Shown here: piece by piece, positions 27,601 to 40,000 of the stretch
How positions within the stretch are numbered: the first letter of the stretch is position 1
Layout: each line of letters opens with the position of its first letter
Assembly (NCBI RefSeq): GCF_040938485.1
Contig: NW_027271379.1
Location: forward strand, 1 to 64,000
Direction: 5' to 3'
From: Diadema antillarum
Taxonomy: Eukaryota
DNA length: 64,000 nucleotides
Notes under the pieces: generated by a model
Databases searched by the model: none
What the model saw: only the letters and a program-made list of their open reading frames with translations
Told to the model about the DNA's origin: nothing
Translations under genes and position numbers: made by a program

Positions 27601-30600
27601 ACTTGTACAACTTTTTTTACATTATGTTTGTTGTCTTTTCTTTACATGAACTCAGAGTTTGATCACAAAAGGAATTCACTCCATCCTTTCCAATTTAAGA
27701 TATTTGCAATCAAACCTTACTAAATACAAAATATGAAAAAAAAAAACATAAAATCACAAAAAAAATTCTGGGACTGTTTTAACATAACAGCAAGAATATT
27801 ACTAGTTACATATGTATGTATCAAGTGAGCTACCACTGGAAATATTTAATTTTGCTCTTTTGATCATATGCCACATGACATGTAGTAAACCCGTTCTGCG
27901 ATTAAATTCTCCATATCATATACAAGTGTTCATGTGTACAGATCTCGTGTTTATCCAACCATGTACATGTACACATACCTGATCAAATTGGGGAGCCATC
28001 TGTAGGAATCCCTCCACGACCTCCGCAGGGAGACCAGTCTGGTACAGGAGCTGCCTGATGATGTCTGGGTCTGGGAACAGCTCCTCAAACGTGGGGATGC
28101 TAGTCACGGTTCCTGTCATGACAGAATATACAAAATACACATTTGAATAAATTAATAATTGAATAATTAATATATACATAAATACATAAAATCTCAATAG
28201 TTAAACAAATAAATAGATTAACAAATGAATGACTGCACAAATAAAAAGTAGATAAGCAATAAAGTAAAAAAGAATAAATTTTGCTATGATTTCACTACGA
28301 AATAGGCCATGCGACATTTGGCGCTCCATACGAATTGTCCATGGTTTAAACCAAGATTTCAATTGTACCACCTTCGTGAATTTGGGCCATAGAATCTCTT
28401 TCTCACCATTGTTTCCCATGATCCAGTTAGCGATGGCCTCGTTGATGTAGTCTGTCAGCTGCACCTGTCCCAACCAACTCTGGAACACACTCACGTCCAG
28501 GTCTGGAACAAGTTCCTGCAGTATTTCAATAATTCTGTCATATAGCGAAAAGGGGTGAGAGAGAGAGATATATAATAGAGAGAGAAAGGGGAGAAATTAA
28601 AGCACTTCGGCATACAAAAGTGAGGAAAAACAGCAATACTATACATATCCATTTGATATGACTCCTATCAAAAGTTTTTCAGTTGTTGGGTTAGATATGG
28701 ACAACTTCAAACAATACTGTTTATTAAAGCTGTTATTTTTGCGACAGTTTAATTTTTGCGGATTTCACGAATCACAGTTGAACCATGAATTTAACAACAC
28801 ACGAAAATGTCTCCATGTACTACAGCTGTAGGCTACTAATGCATTTATGTTAGCATCGGCATCAGTTCGCGAAAAGAACATCTCACAAAAATGTCTATGA
28901 CCTCCTAATTCGCAAAAAATATCTGCAGGCAAAAATAACAGCGTATACAGTAAACTTTTCATTGTATACAAATCAAACATGAGATGTGAGAACAGAGAGG
29001 TAAACTAAAATTATACACAACTATAAAAAAAAGTATAATTATGTACTTCAGGCATTTCTACTAGGGTTGACTTGCCTTCAAAATGTTAATAAGTAAGATT
29101 ACAGTGTATGTATGCAAAGTATTAGAGAATGTACTCATAAATACTTTTTGGATTCATAAAACTCTACAATGCATTAATACTCTCATTTGTATTTCTCCAT
29201 AAATTGTGCTCTAGTCTTAGACAAATCATTAGCTGATCACAGCAAAATAGACTATCACTTAACAAGATCTATGATTAAAGGGAATATCTTTTTGCTTCCA
29301 AACAGGAAAAAAAAAAAAATTAAACTATGCATTTTAAAGGTAAAATAAGGATGGTAAAAATGGGCATCAAACCTGGCTAACTCAGTGCTGTACTGCAAGG
29401 GGTTTGCTATCAGGGACTGAATGATCTGGGAGGCCTCTTGGCTGATGTTGATGGCCAGCTGAACCTCCACATCAGGCAGATTGAAAAGAACTTGCACCAG
29501 CTATTGGCAAAAGAGGATAACAGACAGATAGACATTCAGACAGACAGAAAGACAGACAGACAGACAGACAAACAAACAAACAGAAATAATGCTTAATACT
29601 TGTGAACCTTTGAATAGAGTATCATATAAATGATTTCAATGTACAGTGGACTCCCCTTATAACGAAGTCCTCGGGACCAGCAGTTTTCATTCAGTACATC
29701 GAAATTTCGTTATAACCGAACAAATAAACAATTAAAAAAAATAGAATGGATATTATCACTGCCTGAATTTTTACTTCGTTGTAATCAGAATCTCGTTATA
29801 ACTGTGTTCGTTATAACGGGAGTGCACTGTATTACAATGTGTGTCTCAATGAAATTTCTGTACAGAGATGGCAAAGCATTTTGTTTGAAAGGAAGATTCC
29901 CCACCTGATTCCTGACCTCTGAACTTTGGGTAGAACTCAGCTGTCTGCCTTAGATCTTATTTCTGAACTGCCTACTTTACAAGCTGTCATTTTAGTGAGG
30001 GTTAATTTTTCACAAATCATTGTTGTTGGACTGTGAGTTCAACTACACACAAAAATATCTCAAACGGACAGAAAACGGTGCACTCATGATAGCCTGGGTG
30101 TCAAAAATCGCAAAGATCAACATCCTGCAAAAATGTCCACGGCCTACTCATTTGCAAATTTATCTGTAAGTGAAAATTAAAGCTTATACAGCACATGTAC
30201 ATCATGATGCACTGGACCATTTCTAACTTTGATGAATGCACATTATTTTACCATCACTAGGTGGCAATCAGCTACAAGATACAAACAATTGCCACAGCAA
30301 TTGGCGATCAAAGTTTGGCCGGGGGTTACCTCAATGGTCAGTCTGTTCGACATGAAAATGGAGGAGAGGACGTTGTCGATGGACGTCAGGTTGATGGAGC
30401 AGAGGGCGGCCTGAATGGACTGGACGTCGAACGTGGCATTGACCGTCTGCTCAAAGACGTCCTGGAAGAGGCTGGTCTGACAGATGGCCACCACAGGTTC
30501 TTCGGTCAAGAAAAGGTTGATCCACTGCAAAAAAAGAATGTGATAAAAAAAACTGCATTTAACTGCATGTATTTGTAAGTGAGTCAGGTTTTGATATCTA

Positions 30601-30985
30601 TAGCCATTCAAGAGTTGACAAACATATGTGCAATGTATCTAATATTTTTTCTTAGTTTTGTTATGTAGAAAATGGCCTCTGATATTTGAATGGAATAAGA
30701 AAGATAGGTAGTTACACATATCTTAATTGACACTTATAAAGAAACGGTTGTTTTGTTTTTGTTTTTGTTTAAATGTATGCCTGTTAATGAAATTTGTATC
30801 TTTTTATATTGTAAGCTGACTGTTTTGGGTGCACCAGGTGGGTTGGGGAGGATGGCCTGAGGGCCCAAGTCATTTAGTTGGCTCTTTCCAGATCCGGGCT
30901 GCCCAACCTGGTGCACCCTTACCACTCCAGTGTATGTTCTGATTTCGAAATATGTACTATGAAATTTGTGAATGAAAGCCGAACA

Positions 30986-31019
<34 letters not shown>

Positions 31020-34000
31020 GAAACAAAGGAGGAAAGAATTACGACATAAGTGAACGAATGTGTGAAAATATTTGGACATTAATGCATGTGAAGGAGGCTA
31101 TTACGAAAGGGAGGAAAATATTGGTGGCACAACAACATGTCACACATTTCTGACAACGAACAAGTCACCACCACCATACCACACTTAAGTATGTTCAACA
31201 AAACTTGATTACTCCCCTCGCCTCAAGCACCATCATCCACCAGTCTCGATCCATCCTCTTCTCCAACGTGGGCCCAACAGGCCACACCCACTTTGCACAA
31301 ATGCATATTCATGAAGGCAAATTCAATGACACGTACATTTCTAAGATGTTTCGAGAGGATCAGCTACTGTTGGTTCACTAGCTAGAGGGTAAATCTCTCA
31401 TTTTCCATTACGAAGAGAAAAGTACACGTCGTACTAAGGTGGATTAGTGACAGGTCACAGGTCAGCAACAGCATCACTGATAGTTACCTGATCGGACAGA
31501 GGAGCCAAGCCCATGAATCCCTCGACGACCTCTGCGGGGAGACCGCTCTCGGCCAGGAGCTGCCTGATGATGTCAGGATCCGGGAACAGTTCCTCGAATG
31601 TGGGCAGCATCTGCACTGTTCCTGTTCATTGGGATAAGATGCAAAAATTTCCTGTCATAAAATTGATGATCTCTTGTTGTGGTGAATATGTACATGTACA
31701 TGATTGAATGTGTCTGTGTGTGTGTCTATAAATCAAATGACTATTTAAAGAAAAATAGCAATAACTGTATCATTCTTTGTGTTATTTTTATTCACTTCAT
31801 CCAAGCTATTAAAGACCACCTCAATAACACCCTTCCTAAGAACAAACAAAACAAAACAGATTTTAAAACATTTACAAACAAACTTCAAACAGCAGGTGGT
31901 TACAAGAAAAAGTATCATACATCCTGTATATTTCTTACTTTTTATCTGGGAAGCAAGTAAGAACCTTGCAATTGCAAAATACAGTCATGATTGGATGTCA
32001 TTAGGATGACAATATGATTTCTTTTTTGTCCTGGTATGTATGAATCTCTTCTCACCATTGGATCGAGCCAGCCACTCAGTCACGGCTGTGCTGACGTACT
32101 GGGATAGCTCCAGCTGTGCCAGGATCGTCCTGAACCACTGGGGGGACTCCCCAGTCATTTCAAGCATCCTCAGTTGAGCGATAAGGCTGCCACGGAGAAC
32201 AAGAGAAAATAATTTTTTTTTTACATAACATGTTGAGTACCTCACTTTCAGAATAGCCGCCTAGTTTGATTGATAGATTGCTGAGGGGAAAAAAAAAGGA
32301 AAGAAAAAAAAAATCTTATGCCCCCCCCCCCCCCAAAAAAAAAAAGAATGGCAATATTAGAGTGACCACTGAAAGAGACCATGGTATGATGTATGATGAT
32401 GTCATCATGAATGTTTTGAATGATATTTAGCACTTGTTTTTTTGAGGGGGGGGGGGGGCAAATAGATCTAAAAAAAGACAGCATAATATGTATATTGCTA
32501 TCACATTCCTTATAGATGAAGGCAGCAGAGTAAATACTGGTTTGCTTGTAGTCTTAAATGTAGACGTGAGTTGACACATCATCTACACGGTAGTTCCGAA
32601 AAGAGAAATTCATCTAGAACCATGAGCTACTAAAATATACCTTTACGGTGGGTATATGAAACAATAGGATACAGAGACACTTCCACACTGATAATCCTAA
32701 TCATGAATTAGTAGAGTGAATTTATGGGACTGATTGTACTGTCCTGAATAACAAAGTGTGCTAACAATGTATTAGTATTTAGGAGATAAGGAACTGTAGA
32801 GCTAACCTGTCAAGGCCTGGAATGGTGTCCGGCGACATGGACTGTTCCGTAAGCCTGGCCAGCCACTGGGCCAGGATGACTTCTGTCCGGTTGGCGACGG
32901 TCAACCACCAGGCGGGATCGACGACCACCTGAGGGGGATCGGCGACGAGGGCTGCGATGAGGGCTGCCAGCTCTTGTTGACGGAGCGTGGCGGCTGTCTG
33001 GTTGAAAGGCGGCAGGGTGGGATCCAGGGACAAGATCCTGTTGATCTGCAAATGACGGGAAATAAATAATCAGATTCAAAACGTCTGGTGTGCCCTATAA
33101 AAACATTCAGCTATGCACAACACTACAACAAATTTCTCAAAATTCTGATTCCTGCTCGCTCATTTTGATTCAAGATTTACCTCAAGAGAGTATCAGACAA
33201 ACTTTTTCAAATTTCTGAATTTCTGTCATACACGTGATTGTGTTTTGACATGACAGGGTTGACACCTCACCAACATGCAGAACTCTCCTATTGTTGTTGC
33301 AGTTATAATATGTCCAGTTTCTTCCGTGATTACAAATCTCTAGGTTCATTCATAGCTTGACTGCAGCTCGAACACAATGATATCTTGAAAGTAAGAATTG
33401 ACCTGTTCTATTGCCATTCATCATTCCCTGGGTGGAATTTTCTTGGCACTTCAAGCAAGACAAGAGCAAAATGGGAAATACTAGCAAAGAAAGTCTACGG
33501 CATTAAAATATGCAATGATAGTACACGATTGTTCGGATTTTCAAGTTAACTGGGTACAGCATGCATGTACATGTATATGCAGGGCAGGAGAGCTTATGAA
33601 CTACTCATGAATGGACACATCAGAATCTAAACTGCAACTAACTGACAAATGTCCGTCATCAAATGAATGTAAATAAACCCTGATTTTGGTGTATGCCCTT
33701 GATTTTGATTTTGGTGAGAATCCAACCCAAACTGCTAGAAAAGTGTCATAGTATGCAAAGCCCATGGTTTCCTCGTGGCTGTGAGTCAAAAACAATGAAT
33801 AATCTGTGTTTGTTTACATCGATAAAGGGCACTTCAACAATCAGTTACAATAAAATAACTCGGCACTGGAATTATACTTAATTTGAAGCAGAATTTATTT
33901 TGCTTTGCATTTTCTAAAATTTTGTTCCGAGTGAAGGCTTTACCACAGTCAATTCTGAGACATGCTCTTACCTCGTTCTGTATGTCGGTGAATTTGAGGA

Positions 34001-37000
34001 CGTCATCCAGCTCTGAGACCAGGACCGTGACATTGGTGCCGCAGAAAACTTCCTCGACCACGCTGATGTCGGTGGGCGAGTCTGGGGGCAGGGTGAAGAA
34101 AGTTGCAAACTGACCAGATGCACAGAGCTCCGCGAAGGCATTAGGTGTAACGAACAAGTAGGTCATCTGGTGGGGGAAAAAAAAAAGAGAAAAGACAAAG
34201 AAATAAGCTTCAATCATTTAAAAGTTACTGGTATTCTAGGGAACTAGCAAGTCATCGCACACAATTACACTTTTCAAATAAAAATGATATCAAATTACAA
34301 AATATTTCGTATTGTTGAAGCATGAAATATAATAATGAAGCTAACCGAGAGGAGAAATAAAGTCTAAATAGAATGATGATGATAATCAGTGTTAACATAA
34401 TGCCTTTTCAAAATAGATTTAGAGCGCTCAAACAATTACAACAAAATACAAGAAATCAATCACTTTCTTTACTGAACTAAACAAAAGAGAGAAAAACCAA
34501 ACAAAACGAAACAAAACAAATCAAACGAACAATGACATTAAACTTGACTTGATCTCTGTGATACTGCAATCAAATCAAAACTAAAAATAAGTTTACTTTT
34601 GTACAGATAGGTTTTAAAAAGTTGTTGACATACATGTATGCACATCAAGTAGCTGCAATGACTCCCATGCAAGGTGACAAATAGTCTTATTTGATTTTAG
34701 TCAAAAAAATATGGGTGACTGGTTACCATGGCAACTCCTCCTACCTTGTCTACTTGCATGCTGAGAGAGAGGAAGGTGTCAATGATCTCGGGGGCGACGT
34801 CGCTCTGGCCCAGAAGCTCGCGAACATGGGTGGCATTCACAAACAGCTCATCGAGGGTGGGAAGTGTAAAGGATTGTCCTATAGGAAAAAAATAAATGAA
34901 TATTCAAAAAATGTACCATCAGAATTTCAAGGCCAATGAAATACAGAGCAATGCACAAGTGTACCTGCATGCAAGCTCTTCATCTAATACTGACTTCTTG
35001 GCCCTTTCAACAGTACCGATTTTCACAGGGTCCAATGCACACTGACAAACATTAAGTACAGTCATGTTTTTGCAAAAAAGCTATCACAAAATCAAATTTA
35101 ATTATTCTCCCCATCCCCCTTTTATAATATTTCACAGTATAACTTGCAATTACATTCATTCATTCTAGTGTTCATACCTGTATTTTTGTCAGATACATGT
35201 ATATGTTGTAAGTGCTCATCCAAAAGAGTGACACCATCCCTTAAAGGGTGTGTACAGTTCTGGTCGAGGTGTAGATTTAGCTTTTAACGTTTTGCGAGAT
35301 ATTCAGAAACCACTCTATGTGATGTCAAAGAGCATGCAGTTTTAAGGGGTATCAAAAGTTTATTCGATGAAAATCGGTTTTGAAATGGCTGAGATATCCA
35401 AAAACAAGGTGAAACAAAGAGATCCTAATAAAGTTGTGGCATGTCGCCTTTTATTATTAGCACTTTTTTTGATATCTCAGCCATTTGAAAACCAATTTTC
35501 ATCAAATAAATGTTGAATCCTTCTTAAAATTACATGCTCTTTCATATTTCATAAGAGGCTTTTCATTATCTCACTTAGGAATGTTCAAAACATGAATCCC
35601 TACCTCAACCAGTACTGTACAGTCCCTTTAATCTAATGTGCATTACATGCATAGGCCTATCCCTTTCAGACTGATGTCACTGTTCTTGAGAAGCACACAG
35701 AACTTTTTAAATTCCATAACCTTCCAAGAATATTTGTCTATAGCTGGCTAAGACATTGCACAGAGTACATTAAGGCATTGCTCTTCTATTTTTTGTTTTT
35801 TCAAGTGTTCTTGTTCTTGTTTTATATTACTCTATTTTGCTAAAGCTGACTTGAGCCTGGCATGGGTATATGCACATCAACTATAACATGGAGGGGGCCC
35901 ATACAATTGTATGTCGGTACCTTGGACCATTTTCAGCATATCGATGAGTACCGACGTGATGTAGTCACTCAGCCTGAAAGGGACGAGGAGGGCGGGCTCA
36001 GAGTTCAGGAGCTCCGAGGGTATCTGCCTCAGGATGTCGCCAAAGACGAAGCTCAGGAAGTCGGGGTCCCTGCATGTGGTTGGTGGAGGTAAGGATTTGA
36101 GAGATTGAAATAAACAGTGGGGGGCAAATATGTAGGAAATCACTGAGCAGCACCATGCTGGTTACTTGTCCTGTTTCTACAGAGCTTTATCTTCTAAAAT
36201 GCATGTGTGCACGTTGTACCCATGTCGGGATCGGAGCTAATTTTTTTGCGAGTTGTTGGATTTGCAAATAGAACTCAATTAATCCTGCAATACATACGTA
36301 GTTGTCTACTGGATGGGGACACATTTGCTCCTGCGACAACTGCTTCGGTCTTATTTTCTCCAAGGACTTAAGGTTAGAGTTAGGGTCGTGATAAGGTTTT
36401 AGGTTTACTAGTTTGATATGAGGATTAGGATTAGGGTTAGGGTTATTTTTGTCAGTAGAATTTATGCTGGGCTTTTAATAACACACAGATATTTCATGGG
36501 AGCGATTGTCGCAGCAGCACTTACACCTCACAGAACCCTACGAGATGTGTTCTGGACGATGCACTGACATTTACATTTATTCAGTCCCACTTAAAATACA
36601 AAGTACAAAATCTGTATGGACATGAACCACACACACAGACAAGAAAATGGTAACAAATACATTATACAGTAAACACAAACACGTAATAAACTTAAATACA
36701 TAAACTAAGACAAAGCTGAAAAATGGGCAATAAACAACTATGGAAATAGCAACTAAAGCCACTCTATCTATCTAGTTGCATGTCAAAAATATATCAAGAA
36801 ACAAGGCAAACAAGCAAGCACGAGACACTTACATGAGGGAAGTGTTGTTGACACTGTTAGCCTCCAGCACAGTCGCTATCCTTCCGAGTGTTGTTGTGAA
36901 CCACTCTTCATTGTATTTGAGCAGGTTGGGTGGGTTTTCTATAAGGGACTGGATTGCAAAGGCTAGAGTCTGGAAGTTCTGCGAGAGGGCTGTGAAATTG

Positions 37001-40000
37001 ACTGCATTCCCGCTTGAGATCTGAAAAAAAAAGAAGAGAGAAGAAAAACAGTCAGAAGAAATATCTTCCTGCACCTTTGTGCTTATGAGACAGTGCTGCA
37101 TGCCTTGATATACACGTACAGTGCATTTTTTTTTTTTTTTTTGGGGGGGGGGGGGCAAAGACATTGATCTGTCAAAAACTTCATACTTTCCCATTTTGAT
37201 AGGGCAGCATTCATAAGAAGGCACAGCCCAAATTTGAAAGGCGCTTTTCAGAAGAACAATTAGTACATAATATACTCGCTTCCATGGTAATTCGATTGCA
37301 AATCCACAAGAAGTCACAACAGCAACCCACTAGGTCCCTGTTTCATAACGCACTGTGCATGTAAATCAATTCCTAAACTACAATTGGAAGTATTATAGTG
37401 CAGTACAGTTGTATGTGTATTTAACAACCAATCAGTTTTAAGCACTGAGGTTGTTGCTATAGTACATAACTGCAACCACTGCAAACCCTCCCAATGAAGA
37501 CTTAACAAGAAGGAACTATAAAAGTGAAACATCTCATGTGTGGTGAATTTTTTTTTTTTTTTGCTATAATGAGTTAATAGTGAATTTTACTTGATAGTTT
37601 GCTTGTAAATTTGGCAGATGAGATCGTTTGTTTTTTTCCTTTTCATAGTGTACATGTAATATCTCCCAAAGCAATCTGGCATGTTAACCAGTTGAGGATG
37701 AGTCCCGAGTATACTCGGACAGGTGTGCATGGGAAATGCATACTGTAGCAAGATCAGCCTATCCTCAATGGGTTAAAGTTCCAGTGATAGTGCAAGACAG
37801 CACAAAACTCACAAACACACATACATACATTTTGTATACAAATACAATGTACATACAACTTGTATTATGTTTACAGTATCCTAGAGTTGGACTCACCTCA
37901 GCAATGACCTCCTGCAAGTCCTGGAGGTAGGCCAATTGGAAGGCCTCGACATCCAGCGAGCAGAGGGCCTGGTGAGCAGCTTCCAGGTCGATGTCAGCCG
38001 GGATCTCGATGAGCAGGGGAAGATCCTCGATGTCGGCACATACAGTCTCCAACCAGGTCCTGTTTCCTTGTCTGGCAAGGATCTGATTGGTTGGAGGTAG
38101 ATTGTGAAAAATAAGTTCAGAAATTGCACTATGCGACACACAAAGCTCCGGCAAATGTGCTACAGCCATAGGGAAAAAAAGACATGTATGTGTGTTACTC
38201 CAATTTCAATACAGCAAAATCAATTGACATATCAAAATCTATAGACTGGGCCTACGAACAAGAAAAAAAAAATAAATCAAATGTTCTAAATTGACAAAAC
38301 ACATAAGATATTATGTAATATACAGATATTGAATGGACATGAAGACTACATTTGTGGTTGTTTTTCTCTTTTTGCAACTCTATTCAATCGACAGAGAGAT
38401 GCAGACATGCTTATGCATGTACATATTATTAATGCTTTTTATGAATGCTACTACACAATGGTACACATCACTGCATAGAGCACAGATATACCAAGTGATG
38501 ATGCTTTGCATACACTGGACATTGGGACAGTGGAAGAAGCCCTATATTGTGTTTGTAGCTCAATAATACTCTCACTAATCTACAATGGCTGATTTTGCTA
38601 TAACCCAAATTTTCCAAAGACAACTGCCGAAACTAGTCTTCGACAAGTTAAAACACATAGTAAGTAGTGGTTACAAGGCCACCATACATCTCTGGGGGGA
38701 AAGACTGATGGTTGCAACAGGTGTTTGATCACACAGGGGGAATGGGGGGGGGGGGGGGGGGAGGGGACCCCAAGGAGTCTGTTCACTCACAGCTTCTGTG
38801 TTCACCGAAGCGTGGAGAAGGAGGGTGATGACGTCGGGAGCGAGGTCAGAGTTCGTCTCCAAGTATGTGGCAGCGTATGGCGGCATCAGGTCATTGAGGG
38901 TGATGTTCCTCCCTGAGAAAAGTCAAAGGCAAAACAAAATATGGTGAACATATGTGTATATACATGTATGTGTCACCATATTCACGACCTACTGCATATA
39001 GGATGAGAAGGTCAATACAAAGCTTACACAGACACAGATATATCCAAGATAAGAAAGGGTGCAATCAAACTTACACCACAGTAGGAATATTCAAGATATG
39101 AAGAGGAGAACATGAGCTAAGATATAGGAGCAGAAATCTGGGTGATGAGAAAAGTGGAACCTTCACGAAGAAGAAATAGTACAGAAGTATAAAATACCGT
39201 GAAGCTTAGCTTATATACACATGCTCACATATCCGAATAAGAAAATGTTCTCCAAAGTTTTTTTCAGAAGGAGAAATATATCAAAGATGAAATTTCTGTG
39301 AAACCAAGTTTAATCACTGATGCAGCAATATAGCAGATGACAAAGAAATGAAAAATCAAGTTTTCACAGAATTATTCCACATGGTAATAACACAAATTAA
39401 CCTTGACAGAAAGAGATTCGTAGTGTTACATATTATGACTGTCAAAAATATACAAAATAAGATTGATAAATGAACCATAAACTAAAGGGTTATGCAAAGA
39501 AGGTATGTCTGATGACAGAGTGAAGCCAAGCTCACCTGGCAGGCGGAGGAGGTAGTCGTTGCTGTAGGCGACGATGGCGTTCATCGTCCTGAGAGCGGCC
39601 TCCAGCTCAATGGCCCAGGGCTGGTTGGTCAGCAGACCAGACTCCAGGAGTGCTGCCAAGCTGCAGGTGAAAAAAAAACAACAAACATACAAACAAAAAC
39701 AAGAGATGATGTCAATGTATTTAGGAGGCCTCTTTAAAGGATGCGGGTAAAGCCTCTAAAGAAAGTCAATGGTGAGCTCTCTTCTCATTTGTTTCATGGT
39801 GGTGTTGAATCTGAATTGTACAAGTCATTTGAAGTGCATAACACCAAAGTTCTCCTGCAGAAAAAAATAGGGAAATAGTCATATTGATATTGAAATAGAA
39901 TCTCACATAATATATTTACTATGTAATATCCAAATACTAGGTAGTGCTTTAAATGTACAGTACAGTCTTCAGCCTACATTTCAAGCAGCTTCTTGAATCA

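Noticed and set aside
39720-39854. Strong acceptor (ttttttctgcag) in the A5-B5 intron
   Set aside because: All three frames reach a stop within ~30 codons and there is no matching donor; an alternative terminal or poison exon cannot be supported without RNA data.
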